This document shows positions 9,909-20,483 of a DNA stretch of 64,000 nucleotides, one piece after another (position 1 is the first letter of the stretch; the number at the start of each line of letters is the position of its first letter). The position numbers and the translations under genes are program-made. A model generated the notes under the pieces. That model worked only from the letters and a program-made list of their open reading frames with translations, ran no database searches and was not told the DNA's origin. The stretch lies in IMG/VR virus record IMGVR_UViG_3300021137_000001, positions 1 through 64,000 of that record. One strand, written 5' to 3'.

Positions 9909-10811
9909 TCCTTCTTTAACGATAGTGATTTGACAGTTTGCGCAAATAGTTCTTAAATTTAGCGGAGCATTATTCTTTAAGTTACCATCAACATAGTACA
10001 CGCTGAGTTGTTCTTTATACTTTGCCTTAAAGCCACATTTCTCACAGTGTGGCTTTTTCTTATACCCAGCTAATATCCATGTTGGCTTTTGTGGAGCAAG
10101 TTTTCTATTCTTTCTAGCACATGCACTGCATCGAGTGCGATAATGAGTGATGCCATTCCGCTTATAATTGACAGCAGATAGGTTTCTAGTACAGCTTTGA
10201 CATAAAGGACGGTGTGATATTAATTCTAATTTATCTGTAGTTAACTTAATTTTAATTTTTTGTGCTTCTTCTCTCGATTGCAAATTTTCTTGTTCTCTAC
10301 TTAATATTAATGCAATGCGAGCATTTTTCCGCTCTTCTTTTAACTTGAGTTTTTCTTGTTCTTTAATGAATTTATTATTATCTCTAACTTTTTTCTGTTC
10401 ACTCTTTAAAACTGCATGTTTTTCTTGAGTACGGAGTTTACGTATCGCATTAGCCTTTTGCTGATTTCTAATAGAGTCTGGGCTTCGTTTTCTTCCTTTT
10501 GGCCATCCAGGTCCTCGGTGACCGCCGGCCGAAATATTCCACCCAATATTTTTAGACGCTCGTATTTTACCCTCGAGTTCGTAACAATATGTTTCATCAC
10601 CGATTAGTATTATTTCTTTAATAATAGTATCCCATCCATATTTGCTAACAGCATACGCTAGATGTGGATTTGAATGAGTCTTGGCTATTAGTTTAGTAAA
10701 ATGATCAACAATGCGTCTATCATATCTTTTAGATACTCCGATATATCCTTCTAATAAAGGGTTTGTGTGGGATTCTAAGTGAATCCAATATAAGACTGCG
10801 GGTGTCTGCAT
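9870..10811 (-). CDS. GIY-YIG endonuclease domain fused to a Zn-finger/HNH-like domain
   Basis: N-terminal LYWI...GYIGVS; C-terminal CxxC pairs and VDGNLKNNAPLNLRTICANC; ATG at 10811 lies 5 nt after TAAATA. Confidence 0.65.
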   Translation of the reverse strand: MQTPAVLYWIHLESHTNPLLEGYIGVSKRYDRRIVDHFTKLIAKTHSNPHLAYAVSKYGWDTIIKEIILIGDETYCYELEGKIRASKNIGWNISAGGHRGPGWPKGRKRSPDSIRNQQKANAIRKLRTQEKHAVLKSEQKKVRDNNKFIKEQEKLKLKEERKNARIALILSREQENLQSREEAQKIKIKLTTDKLELISHRPLCQSCTRNLSAVNYKRNGITHYRTRCSACARKNRKLAPQKPTWILAGYKKKPHCEKCGFKAKYKEQLSVYYVDGNLKNNAPLNLRTICANCQITIVKEGLGWTQGDLVPDF

Positions 10812-10952
10812 ACTATTATTTACCAAAACCTTTAAAAAGGTATTAGATTTGTTATTACTGCTAAAAATGTTATTAATATATGCGGTATAATACCGTTAAA
10901 TTTTGATGATTTGATAAATATTTTAAAGTATTATAATATAAGGATACTAAAA

Positions 10953-13900
10953 ATGGCAGCACTAATTTCCCCAGGCGTATCGGTTACCATCATTGATGAG
11001 AGCCAATATCAACCTACAGCAACCGGTACTATTGCTTATGTATTGTTAGCAACAGACCAAGACAAAATTAATCCAAGTGGCACAACTGCTACTTACACAA
11101 CTAAAGCAAATGCTAATAAAATAGTTAAAATTACCAGCCAACGTGAATTAGTTTCTAACTTTGGTAGTATTAATTTCCAACTTGATTCAAGTGGCAATCC
11201 GATACATGCACATGAATTAAACGAATATGGCTTGTTAGCAGCTTACAGCGCATTAGGCGTTGCAAACCAATTATACATTCAACGTGCTGATGTTAAATTA
11301 TCTGAGTTAACTGGTACGAGCATTCGCCCTACTGGCAATGCATCAGATGGTACATATTGGCTAGATTTAACTACAACTAATTGGGGTGTTACTGAATGGA
11401 CTGAGTTAGGTTTTGTTCTTCAAACTCCAACAGTAATTACTGATGCTGCTAATTTATCAGGTGGCGTACCGCTAGCATCATTTGGTGCAATTGGCACTTA
11501 TGCTGTAGTTGCTACGAGCTCATCTAACCCAATCTACTTTAAACGTTTCGATAATACATGGGTATTAGTTGGTAGCGATGATTGGCAAGTTGCGGTTCCG
11601 ACTATTGTTGGTACAGCTGCAGACCCATTATTGAGTATTGGTACTAAAATGGTACTTAACGGTGTTAACGTTACATTAACTGGTACTTCTATTTCTAGCG
11701 CGGCAGACGACATTAATTCTGCATTAAGCGGTAAAAATGTTAGTGCAACAGTTAACGTTGCTGGTCAAATTGAATTACGTATTAACAGTTTAGCTGCATC
11801 AAGTGGTAACTTGTTACTTCCAAATGGTGAGTTAACAATTGCTAAAGGTACTGAAATTGGCGGAACAGATTGTGCTGTAACATTAGGCTTGTTTACATCA
11901 GCTGATGGTACTGCAAACGTTAAAACAGTATTTGGACCAACAGTGGCATTTGATTCATATCGTAATGCTCCAGCTTGGAGAACAAGTGATCAAACTCCTC
12001 GCCCAACTGGTAGTATCTGGCTTAAAACTTCAGCAACTGGTAACGGTGCTAATTGGGGTATTAAAGAATACAGTGCTAACTTAGATTCATGGGTATTGCA
12101 AGCTGCACCTTTATATTCTGGTGATACTGCTGCAATTAACGGATTGGATCCAGTAGGCGGCGGCGGACAACTAGGTGTTGGCACAGTATATGTACGTTAT
12201 GATACATTAGGAACAAATACTGCTACATATAAACCATACGTTAAAAACGTAACGGGCTTATTAAATGTAACAGGTACAACTCCAATCACTCCGTTTGAAT
12301 TTAAAGCAGGCGATGCGTTTATTATGGATGTAAGTGTTCCTGGTTCAACTATTACAACAGCAAAAACAATCACTATATCTGGCACAGGCAATGCTGTACC
12401 AGCGACTACATTTGTTGGTGATATTTTAGCTGCAAGTTTGCCAAATATTGTTGCAACAGTTACAACAAGCGGTGCAATTAGCATTAGTCATCTTGCTGGT
12501 GGTACTATTAAATTTACATACGTAACAGGTACTCCATTAACAACAGCTGGTTTAATTAATGATAGTAATGTGCAAACAGTGGTCGGTGGTCAAGTTTACT
12601 TGGCTAGTCCGTTTACTCCATTGACATACACATATTCAACTACTGCACCTTATAGCAACCCAGCTGATGGTACTTTATGGTATTACAATTCAGCACTTGA
12701 AGTTGACATTATGATTAATGATGGCAGTGGATGGAAAGGTTACAAAAACGTAGTTAATGATGCACGTGGTTATGATTTAAGTGCAACTGACGTATTAGGT
12801 CCAATCTTAGCAGCGGCTAAACCAACTACGCAAGTAAGTGGTGGACAATTAGTACCTGGTGATTTATGGATTGATACGGGTGATTTAGAAAATTATCCAA
12901 TGATTTATCGCTACACTTCTGCAAGCATCTGGGAATTATTAGATAATACAGATCAAGTTAGTGTTGATGGTGTATTGTTTGCTGATGCACGTTGGAGCTT
13001 TAATGATTCAACTAACCCGATCGTTGATGCAATTCCAAGCATTGTTAGTTTAGCATCAAGTGACAACACTGATAGTGATTGTCCAGATTACAGACTATAT
13101 GCACGTGGGACATTATTGTTTAATACACGTCGTAGTGGTTACGGTGTTAAACGCTTTGAAAGCACATGGTTTGCTAATGATGCAGTTCCTCCAACAGAAG
13201 TTGCAACATGGGTAAGTAACAGTGGCGTAGATCAAAACTTAGTTCCTTACTTCGGTCACAAAGCAGTTCGCAATGTTATTGTTGAAGCTATGAAAGCTGC
13301 AATTGAATCAAGTACAGCATTACGTGAAGAACAAGTACAATTTAACTTAATCGTTTGCCCTGGTTACCCAGAGTTAATGCAAAACATGATTACTTTAAAT
13401 AACGATCGTAAACAAACTGCATTCATTATTGGTGATAGTCCGATGACATTGAATTCAAGTTCTGCTACTATCGAAGCATGGGCAAGCAACGCAAATCTTG
13501 CACAAGATAACGGTACAAACGGCTTAGTAAGTACAAGTGAATACTTAGGTGTGTTCTACCCAAGCGGATTAGGTACAGACTTAGGTGGTGAAACTGTTGC
13601 AGTTCCTCCAAGTCACATGATGTTGCGTACAATTATCCGTAGTGACAATGTTAGCTATCCATGGTTTGCACCAGCTGGTGTACGTCGTGGCTTAATTGAC
13701 AATGTTACTGCAATTGGATATGTTGACACAACTGATAGCAATTCATTCCGTAGTATCGGAGTTACTCAAGGTCTACGTGATGTATTATACACACAAAGAG
13801 TTAACCCAATTACAGTACTTCCTGGTGTTGGTTTAGTTAACTACGGTCAAAAAACTCGTGCAGCAATGACAAGTGCAATGGATCGTATTAATGTTGCTCG

Positions 13901-14201
13901 TTTAGTATGTTACTTACGTGTTGTACTTGACCAAGTTGCTCGTCCGTTTATATTCGAACCAAATGATACAATTACACGTAATCAAGTTAAAGGTGCATTT
14001 GAATCGGTACTTAATGATGTAGTTGCTAAACGTGGTATCTATGACTATGTAGTAGTTTGCGATACAAGTAACAACACACCAGATCGTATTGACCGTAATG
14101 AATTGTATGTTGATATTGCAATTGAGCCAGTTAAAGCAATTGAATTCATCTACATTCCAGTACGCTTGAAAAATACAGGTGCTATTGCAGCAGGTGTTTA
14201 A
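10953..14201 (+). CDS. Tail sheath protein (gp18-like) with large inserted domains
   Basis: MAALISPGVSVTIIDES start; PWFAPAGVRRG, RINVARL, FIFEPND and IEPVKAIEFIYI motifs. Confidence 0.92.
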   Translation: MAALISPGVSVTIIDESQYQPTATGTIAYVLLATDQDKINPSGTTATYTTKANANKIVKITSQRELVSNFGSINFQLDSSGNPIHAHELNEYGLLAAYSALGVANQLYIQRADVKLSELTGTSIRPTGNASDGTYWLDLTTTNWGVTEWTELGFVLQTPTVITDAANLSGGVPLASFGAIGTYAVVATSSSNPIYFKRFDNTWVLVGSDDWQVAVPTIVGTAADPLLSIGTKMVLNGVNVTLTGTSISSAADDINSALSGKNVSATVNVAGQIELRINSLAASSGNLLLPNGELTIAKGTEIGGTDCAVTLGLFTSADGTANVKTVFGPTVAFDSYRNAPAWRTSDQTPRPTGSIWLKTSATGNGANWGIKEYSANLDSWVLQAAPLYSGDTAAINGLDPVGGGGQLGVGTVYVRYDTLGTNTATYKPYVKNVTGLLNVTGTTPITPFEFKAGDAFIMDVSVPGSTITTAKTITISGTGNAVPATTFVGDILAASLPNIVATVTTSGAISISHLAGGTIKFTYVTGTPLTTAGLINDSNVQTVVGGQVYLASPFTPLTYTYSTTAPYSNPADGTLWYYNSALEVDIMINDGSGWKGYKNVVNDARGYDLSATDVLGPILAAAKPTTQVSGGQLVPGDLWIDTGDLENYPMIYRYTSASIWELLDNTDQVSVDGVLFADARWSFNDSTNPIVDAIPSIVSLASSDNTDSDCPDYRLYARGTLLFNTRRSGYGVKRFESTWFANDAVPPTEVATWVSNSGVDQNLVPYFGHKAVRNVIVEAMKAAIESSTALREEQVQFNLIVCPGYPELMQNMITLNNDRKQTAFIIGDSPMTLNSSSATIEAWASNANLAQDNGTNGLVSTSEYLGVFYPSGLGTDLGGETVAVPPSHMMLRTIIRSDNVSYPWFAPAGVRRGLIDNVTAIGYVDTTDSNSFRSIGVTQGLRDVLYTQRVNPITVLPGVGLVNYGQKTRAAMTSAMDRINVARLVCYLRVVLDQVARPFIFEPNDTITRNQVKGAFESVLNDVVAKRGIYDYVVVCDTSNNTPDRIDRNELYVDIAIEPVKAIEFIYIPVRLKNTGAIAAGV

Positions 14202-14213
14202 TTAATAAAGTAT

Positions 14214-14248
14214 GCATATAATGGGGGAGTTATTTCCCCCGGTTATGC
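14214..14248 (+). other. GC-rich stem-loop between the sheath and tube genes
   Basis: GGGGGA/TCCCCC core with GCATA/TATGC outer stem; no U-tract; TAAATA follows at 14262. Confidence 0.45.
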
Positions 14249-14285
14249 GCTAAGAAATAGCTAAATATATAAAAGGAACAACAAG

Positions 14286-14903
14286 ATGGCAACATCATCA
14301 TTAAGTAAGTTTACCGTACCGCTAAGTACAGACCAAAGCGCAAGCGCACAAGGTTTGTTAATGCCTAAATTAAAGTTCCGCTTTCGCGTAACATTTGAAA
14401 ACTTCGGTGTTAGTCAACCATCAACGGAATTAACTAAACAGGTTATGAGCTTTAAACGTCCAAGTTTAACGTTTGATCCAATTGAAATTCCAGTTTACAA
14501 CAGCCGAGTTTATCTAGCTGGTAAACCAACATGGGACACAGTTACCACTACATTACGTGATGATGCAGGTGGTGAAGTTGCTAAACGTGTTGGTGAGCAA
14601 TTACAAAAACAATTTGACTTTATGGAACAAGCTTCTGCTTCTAGCGGTATTGACTATAAATTTATTACACGTTGGGAATCATTAGACGGCGGCAATGGTG
14701 CAAGTGAGCCAACTATTCTTGAATCATGGGAATTATATGGTTGCTTTATTACTACTGCTGACTATGGCGATTCTGATTATAGTGCAAATGATCCAATGAC
14801 AATTGCTTTAACAATCCGTTATGATAATGCTATCCAAACTCCAATTGGTACAGGTGTTGGTAGTGTTGTTGCAAGAACATTAGGCAGCACAATTACTGGT
14901 TAA
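14286..14903 (+). CDS. Tail tube protein (gp19-like)
   Basis: Directly after the sheath; KFRFRVTF, YLAGKPTW and WELYGCF motifs. Confidence 0.85.
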   Translation: MATSSLSKFTVPLSTDQSASAQGLLMPKLKFRFRVTFENFGVSQPSTELTKQVMSFKRPSLTFDPIEIPVYNSRVYLAGKPTWDTVTTTLRDDAGGEVAKRVGEQLQKQFDFMEQASASSGIDYKFITRWESLDGGNGASEPTILESWELYGCFITTADYGDSDYSANDPMTIALTIRYDNAIQTPIGTGVGSVVARTLGSTITG

Positions 14904-14924
14904 TTCCCGTAAATGAAACAACTC

Positions 14925-14954
14925 AAAAGCTCGGTTATTACCGGGCTTTTTTTT
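14925..14954 (+). terminator. Rho-independent terminator
   Basis: AAAAGCTCGGT-TATT-ACCGGGC followed by a T run. Confidence 0.8.
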
Positions 14955-14984
14955 GGCGATAAATAATATAAATGGATAGAACAA

Positions 14985-16034
14985 ATGGCAGCTGGATTCT
15001 TTAACCAACTATTATCACAAGTAAGCACGGGCGACCAAATAAAAGATTGGCAACATGCCTCTCGGACCTTTGTTGACGGATTATATCGACTTAGTCCTAA
15101 AATGGGATCGATGTTCCATGTGTATATCGATGTAAATAGTCAATTAGTACCCGGTGATCCAACGGAAATTGGTATGATGGCAAAAACAGTTACCTTGCCA
15201 AAGTTTACTATACAGAATAAAATTCTTAATGCATATAACAGAAAAAATATAGTACAAGAACGCATTAACTATGATCCAATTAATCTTACATTTCACGATG
15301 ATAGTTCCGATATTGTAAATAAGTTTTGGCAGGGATATTATCAGTATTATTATAGAGATTGGGATCACCAAGAAGCATTATATAAACAAGAATCTAAATA
15401 TCAAAAACGACAAGCACAAGATTGGGGGTTTAGTCCTAAATCAAGTGGAACTAATGCACCTAACTATATTAATAGTATTCGAATTTATAGTCTACATCAA
15501 AAATCATTTAGCAGTTATATACTAATAAATCCAATGATTACATCATTTCAACATGGTCAACATGCACAAGGTGAATATACTCCGCTTGAAAATTCAATGA
15601 CAGTAGCATATGAAGCTGTGCATTACGAAAGCGGCCCTGTCGGAAGCGGTAAAGTTATGGGCTTTGATCATGTACACTACGATAAAACAGCAAGCCCATT
15701 ATCATCCTTGGGCGGTGGCACACAAAGTTTGCTTGGGCAAGGTGGTGCAATACAGGGCATTGGAGATGTGTTGACTAACTTAGGAAGTGGCAATTTTGGT
15801 GCAGCGGCACTCGGAGCATTGCGAACAGGCACAAATATTAGTAATATGAATATTAAGCAAGTAGCAAATGCTGAATTACAACAAACTGCAATGAATATAC
15901 TTCGCGGACAAAATACACAAAGTACAGTATTTGTTCCTACTGCATCTAGTGTACAAGCAGGATTATCCAAGGCAATATATTCTGTACCGGGATTAGTTGG
16001 TGTAAAAAACCCTTCAACTGGTAATATGAACTAA
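14985..16034 (+). CDS. Tail tube-like/baseplate-tube initiator protein
   Basis: Tube-like motifs (KTVTLPKF, YDPINLTFHDD, AYE); context. Confidence 0.55.
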   Translation: MAAGFFNQLLSQVSTGDQIKDWQHASRTFVDGLYRLSPKMGSMFHVYIDVNSQLVPGDPTEIGMMAKTVTLPKFTIQNKILNAYNRKNIVQERINYDPINLTFHDDSSDIVNKFWQGYYQYYYRDWDHQEALYKQESKYQKRQAQDWGFSPKSSGTNAPNYINSIRIYSLHQKSFSSYILINPMITSFQHGQHAQGEYTPLENSMTVAYEAVHYESGPVGSGKVMGFDHVHYDKTASPLSSLGGGTQSLLGQGGAIQGIGDVLTNLGSGNFGAAALGALRTGTNISNMNIKQVANAELQQTAMNILRGQNTQSTVFVPTASSVQAGLSKAIYSVPGLVGVKNPSTGNMN

Positions 16035-16044
16035 AGGAACAACA

Positions 16045-16410
16045 ATGACAATTAACGGAAATTTACCACCAAGTACCAACACAAACAGTACAACAACCTA
16101 TTTTAACAATTTTTTTAAAAACGGATTTACTGTTAGTCAAAATGTCGACGATACGATGATAGGATACTTTCAAACTATTACAGGCGACAGGGCAAGTGGA
16201 ACAACGTTGGCATCGGCTGTACTTTATACAGCACAAAGTCAGGGTATTGATCCAATGATTATTATCGATGAGTTCCGTAAATTAAAACCCAATGAACTTA
16301 ACGCATACTTAACAATGTTCTTAAATCTAAATAGAGTAAGCACTAGTTTACTTGGGCTTAGTAACAGCCCGCAAACAAACAAATACATAGTAAGAGCAAT
16401 TCTTCCATAA
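16045..16410 (+). CDS. Hypothetical structural protein
   Basis: ORF with AAGGA RBS in the late operon. Confidence 0.55.
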   Translation: MTINGNLPPSTNTNSTTTYFNNFFKNGFTVSQNVDDTMIGYFQTITGDRASGTTLASAVLYTAQSQGIDPMIIIDEFRKLKPNELNAYLTMFLNLNRVSTSLLGLSNSPQTNKYIVRAILP

Positions 16411-16841
16411 TGGCAAAGTATGCAAATGGCAAATTTACAATAAAGAATACTGAGAAATACATCGGTAAACGTTTGCCAACATACAGATCAAGCTGGGAAT
16501 TTACGTTTATGTCATTCTGCGATAACAACCCAGCAGTAGTTAACTGGGCAAGTGAAGCAATTACAATCCCATACCGTAATCCAGTAACTGGAAAGAATAC
16601 AGTTTATATTCCGGATTTTCTCGTTGTGTATATTGATGCAAATCAGCGCAAGCACTCAGAACTTATCGAAATCAAACCAAGCACACAAACAACAATGGAA
16701 GGCGCTAAAAGCTATCAAGACAAATTGTCGGTAGCGGTGAACATGGCTAAGTGGGCAATGGCAGATGCTTATTGTAAAGCCCATGGCATGCGCTTTAGAG
16801 TAATTACAGAGTTTGATATTTTTAAAAACGTCAAACGCTAG
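16410..16841 (+). CDS. Head completion nuclease (T4 gp4-like, TnsA-like fold)
   Basis: YRSSWE, WASE, IPY, YIPDF and IEIKP motifs. Confidence 0.8.
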   Translation: MAKYANGKFTIKNTEKYIGKRLPTYRSSWEFTFMSFCDNNPAVVNWASEAITIPYRNPVTGKNTVYIPDFLVVYIDANQRKHSELIEIKPSTQTTMEGAKSYQDKLSVAVNMAKWAMADAYCKAHGMRFRVITEFDIFKNVKR

Positions 16842-16859
16842 ACTAATAAATAGTTTACT

Positions 16860-17363
16860 ATGACAAAAAAACTTGAAGAACTCTTTAACCTTGCTCCTAC
16901 TGATGAAGTTACAGTAGAAGAAGCAACACAAACAATCGAAGAAAACAATGCAATACTAGCAGATGTCAATCTTGCAATTGATAAGATTGATGCGGCACTA
17001 CCATATGTTAACGACATCGATACAACAGACACTGAACTAGATGAGCTTGCTGAGTTAGCAACTGAAAAGTTTAAAGACTTACTAGATTTAGGTATGAATG
17101 TAGAAGCACGTTTTAGCGGGACAATATTGCAAACAGCGGGCACACTACTAGGACATGCAATTACAGCAAGACAAGCTAAAATGGATAGAAAGATGCGCAC
17201 TATTGATCTGCAACTTAAAAAGATGCGACTTGATCAGATTGCGGCTAAAGATGCTATTAAATCAGACAGCGATAAGATACTTGATGCAGTAGAAGGCGGT
17301 GGCGTGGTACTTGACAGAAACGCACTACTAGCACAAATCTTAAACAAAGCCAAGCCAGATTAA
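16860..17363 (+). CDS. Putative terminase small subunit
   Basis: Helical coiled-coil protein upstream of terL with its own late motif; assignment by context. Confidence 0.4.
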   Translation: MTKKLEELFNLAPTDEVTVEEATQTIEENNAILADVNLAIDKIDAALPYVNDIDTTDTELDELAELATEKFKDLLDLGMNVEARFSGTILQTAGTLLGHAITARQAKMDRKMRTIDLQLKKMRLDQIAAKDAIKSDSDKILDAVEGGGVVLDRNALLAQILNKAKPD

Positions 17364-17406
17364 AACAGCAATTTTGAATAAATAACTGTAAGGATATATA
17401 AAAACT

Positions 17407-18003
17407 ATGAAGAATTTTCTACAACATTTAACTGAAAACCAAAAAACATACGAGTTTCGCATCAAGATAGCCGACATTGATCCAGCAGATATAATGGACA
17501 GATTGAAAGCGGCACTTGATGCATATGGCTTAGAAAGTTTGAGCAAACCAAAACGTTTACCAATTAAATCTAATGACATTGACTTTCCGAGTTTAGCTAA
17601 CTGTCAATTGTATTTAATGGACGCAGTGCTTAAATATCCAGTCAATGATGCTCAGTTACGTGCCATTGTATCGGAACGTGGTGCAATCCCAATAAGTAAT
17701 ATCGTAGTTGTTCCTGGCAATCATCCAGAAGAACAACGTCGTTGGAACTTAGAAGGTAATGATGTGCGTGAATTTAAAAAAGGTGAGTCAGTATTAGACA
17801 AACCATATGAAGCAGACAAACCAGATGCTAAAGTAGCAAGTGAAGCATTTGCAAATGCAACAAGTTTACTTAAAGAACTAAGCACACCGTCATTTGGCAT
17901 TGCAGGTAGTGAAAAAGCAGACGGCAAAACAACAAACGATATCCCAACTGGTGATATAAGCCCAATTGGCAGTACACAAAATAAAATTACAAAGGTAAAA
18001 TAA
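17407..18003 (+). CDS. Hypothetical late/head protein
   Basis: N-terminus MKNFLQHLTE; late motif upstream. Confidence 0.6.
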   Translation: MKNFLQHLTENQKTYEFRIKIADIDPADIMDRLKAALDAYGLESLSKPKRLPIKSNDIDFPSLANCQLYLMDAVLKYPVNDAQLRAIVSERGAIPISNIVVVPGNHPEEQRRWNLEGNDVREFKKGESVLDKPYEADKPDAKVASEAFANATSLLKELSTPSFGIAGSEKADGKTTNDIPTGDISPIGSTQNKITKVK

Positions 18004-18005
18004 TC

Positions 18006-19562
18006 ATGAGCAATAACAACATCTATAACATCTTAGGCAAGTTAAAAAGCATTACTGATACTGCTGCATTAACGCCAGACACACAACCTACTACTGTTTA
18101 CGAAAGCGTAGAAGCACGTGGTAGTATTACTGAAGCAGTCAGAGCTTTAGAAGCTAAGTTTGCAACGTTTAAAGAAAGCGTAGCAGATGACATTGCTGAT
18201 AAGAAAGCAGAAAAAGAAGCTGGCGATTGGTGGGGCGATAAGAAAGCTAGCCTTAACAAAGACAAACGTGAAGTTAAGGGTAGCAAGTACGGCGGGAGCA
18301 AACAAAAAGACGACGACGAAGCTAAAGATAAAGACGACAAGAAAGATGCACAACTTTCTAAAAAATCTAATAAGACTGCTATCTTAGATAAAGATGACGA
18401 AGAAGATTTAGATGAAGGCATTGTAGATGCTATTGGCAGTAGAATTGGTCACGCAGTTAAAGGTGCTAAACGTGCATTAGCTGGCAAACCAAGTGCTAAA
18501 CAAGTTCAACAACAACATGCTTTTAAAGCAGGTCTCGGTCAGGTGAATTTAGGTGTTACAGCTCAACAAATTGCTGATGCTCCTGGTGAATATAAGAAAG
18601 CTGAAAGAACTGGCAAACTATTGCGCAATGTCTCTGCACAACAAGCTGGTTATAAAAATGATGTAGATGAAGCATTTGAGTTTGGTAGCAAAAACTTTAA
18701 AAATGCATCTAGCTTAAAGAAAGCTCCAAAAGCTAAACTAGTTAAAGAAAGTGCAGTACGTAATCACCCAATCTATACTAACCCAGAAGCGTGGGATCAC
18801 TATAAGAAAGAATTAGACGAAGAAGAATTAAACAAAGCAACACAAGAGTTAGACGAAATTGCTAAACTTGCTGGTCTGCCAAAACAAATCAACGTTGATA
18901 TGAATAAACCACTTGGCGCACCTGCTAAAGCAGACGGAGTAACCCTTCCACCAGCGCCGATTGAGCATGAGCCAATGTTGGAAATGGATGATGAATGGGA
19001 CGACGAATCAGGTTATGATTTAGATGATCCAAAACATCCAACATGGGCAGAAAGACAACGTGAAAAAGCAGAGTGGGCTAGAGATTATGCTAGAGATAGT
19101 GAGTTAGATGAAGCTGAAATGGAAGAAGGCAACGAATTCAGTGGAGCATTAGCATCTGCTAAAGCAACTGGCGCTAAAGAATTTACAGTTGGCGATAATC
19201 CAACAGTATACAAACTTAAAGAAGATATTAACGTAAGCGTTACAGCAAATGGCGAAGAAGATGCACTTAATCTATTCCGCAAACTAGCTGGTATGCCACA
19301 AATTGCAATTGCACAAAATGAAGAACCGTGTGATGGCGCAATGGAAATTGAAGTTGATGAAGAACGTGACCCAGAATACGTAAACAGTCCACGTGAACAA
19401 ATAGCACCAGTTAGTGCTGCTATTCCAAGTGGTACTGACTTAAACCGTAGCAAACGTCAATACAAAAAAGAATATCCAGGCGATAACCCAATGGCAGTTG
19501 CAGAAGCTAAAGATACTAGCTGGAGCAAATATGCTAGCATGTTAAAAGGTTTATTGAAATAA
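18006..19562 (+). CDS. Acidic putative internal head/scaffold protein
   Basis: Charged low-complexity sequence with many [ILV]xE / xDE[GA] motifs. Confidence 0.5.
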   Translation: MSNNNIYNILGKLKSITDTAALTPDTQPTTVYESVEARGSITEAVRALEAKFATFKESVADDIADKKAEKEAGDWWGDKKASLNKDKREVKGSKYGGSKQKDDDEAKDKDDKKDAQLSKKSNKTAILDKDDEEDLDEGIVDAIGSRIGHAVKGAKRALAGKPSAKQVQQQHAFKAGLGQVNLGVTAQQIADAPGEYKKAERTGKLLRNVSAQQAGYKNDVDEAFEFGSKNFKNASSLKKAPKAKLVKESAVRNHPIYTNPEAWDHYKKELDEEELNKATQELDEIAKLAGLPKQINVDMNKPLGAPAKADGVTLPPAPIEHEPMLEMDDEWDDESGYDLDDPKHPTWAERQREKAEWARDYARDSELDEAEMEEGNEFSGALASAKATGAKEFTVGDNPTVYKLKEDINVSVTANGEEDALNLFRKLAGMPQIAIAQNEEPCDGAMEIEVDEERDPEYVNSPREQIAPVSAAIPSGTDLNRSKRQYKKEYPGDNPMAVAEAKDTSWSKYASMLKGLLK

Positions 19563-19915
19563 TGAAAAGTCTACGCTCATACATAGAAGAAGGCATGCAA
19601 CGACTAGTTGAGCGTAGTTCTATTGATCCAGAAACACAAAATATGCTAAATGTAGCAAAAGCCAAATACCCAGATACTACTGATGACTTTGGTGCACTTG
19701 CTACATTAGTACGTAGAGCAAATACTCACAGTATTGCAGGTATTAAAACACTTGGCGCAGAAAATGATGCGGAAGAAGCAGACATTGACACATTAGAAAT
19801 TGAGAATGATGTTGAAGATAGAGAAATTGCACACGGCGAACACAGACTCGACGGAATTGATGCAGAGCTTGCGGCCTTGCGCAGACAAATTGCTACACTT
19901 ACAGGTAAACAATAA
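19562..19915 (+). CDS. Hypothetical coiled-coil head protein
   Basis: N-terminus MKSLRSYIEE; TAATG coupling. Confidence 0.5.
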   Translation: MKSLRSYIEEGMQRLVERSSIDPETQNMLNVAKAKYPDTTDDFGALATLVRRANTHSIAGIKTLGAENDAEEADIDTLEIENDVEDREIAHGEHRLDGIDAELAALRRQIATLTGKQ

Positions 19916-20301
19916 TGAAAATTAAAGATATTATTACAGAAACCGACCACCACGCAAGTGCCAAAGACTTGCCAGGCGATCAAGTCGCCGCCCTAAAAGG
20001 TGCTGTAAGTATGCCCGGTATTAGTATGAACAAATCAAACGGTAGTGCGTATGCACAATATCGCTTTGGGCTAGCATTAGCAGGTGCACCGGATTTCCCA
20101 ACTAAAGCAGCAGGTGCAATAGCAGGTGACCCATTACTATGTACATATACAGATGAAGAACTAGCGATGATTAATAGTGCTGCTGATATGGTAGGCGCAG
20201 GTCATGTTAATCGCTTAACTAACAATCGTAGTGAAGAACTTGGCAACACTGGCAAAACTAGCCCAGTACCCACACGTAAAAAGAACAAGTACGGTGTCTA
20301 A
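19915..20301 (+). CDS. Hypothetical head protein
   Basis: N-terminus MKIKDIITE. Confidence 0.55.
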   Translation: MKIKDIITETDHHASAKDLPGDQVAALKGAVSMPGISMNKSNGSAYAQYRFGLALAGAPDFPTKAAGAIAGDPLLCTYTDEELAMINSAADMVGAGHVNRLTNNRSEELGNTGKTSPVPTRKKNKYGV

Positions 20302-20479
20302 ACAATATCGCATTAGGGCACAGGACTATACAGAGTCATTAATCCCCGATGCAATACTTGATGTAAACGACCCAGCATACACAATTGCAAGTGTAACTGA
20401 TGTAAATCAACCGATGAGTTTATCTAACTTCATCGCAACACACAACAATATTAACACATTACCTCCGCAAGCTAAGTAA
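20294..20479 (+). CDS. Small hypothetical protein (probable GTG start overlapping the previous stop)
   Basis: In frame with track ORF 20231..20479; fills the gap before terL. Confidence 0.4.
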   Translation: MSKQYRIRAQDYTESLIPDAILDVNDPAYTIASVTDVNQPMSLSNFIATHNNINTLPPQAK

Positions 20480-20483
20480 TATT

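Noticed and set aside
10911-10952. Track start of the tail sheath at 10911 (similarly 5984, 20231, 29562, 31471, 39193, 47831, 59556)
   Set aside because: These upstream extensions overlap promoters or neighbouring genes; downstream starts have an RBS, translational coupling or family-typical N-termini
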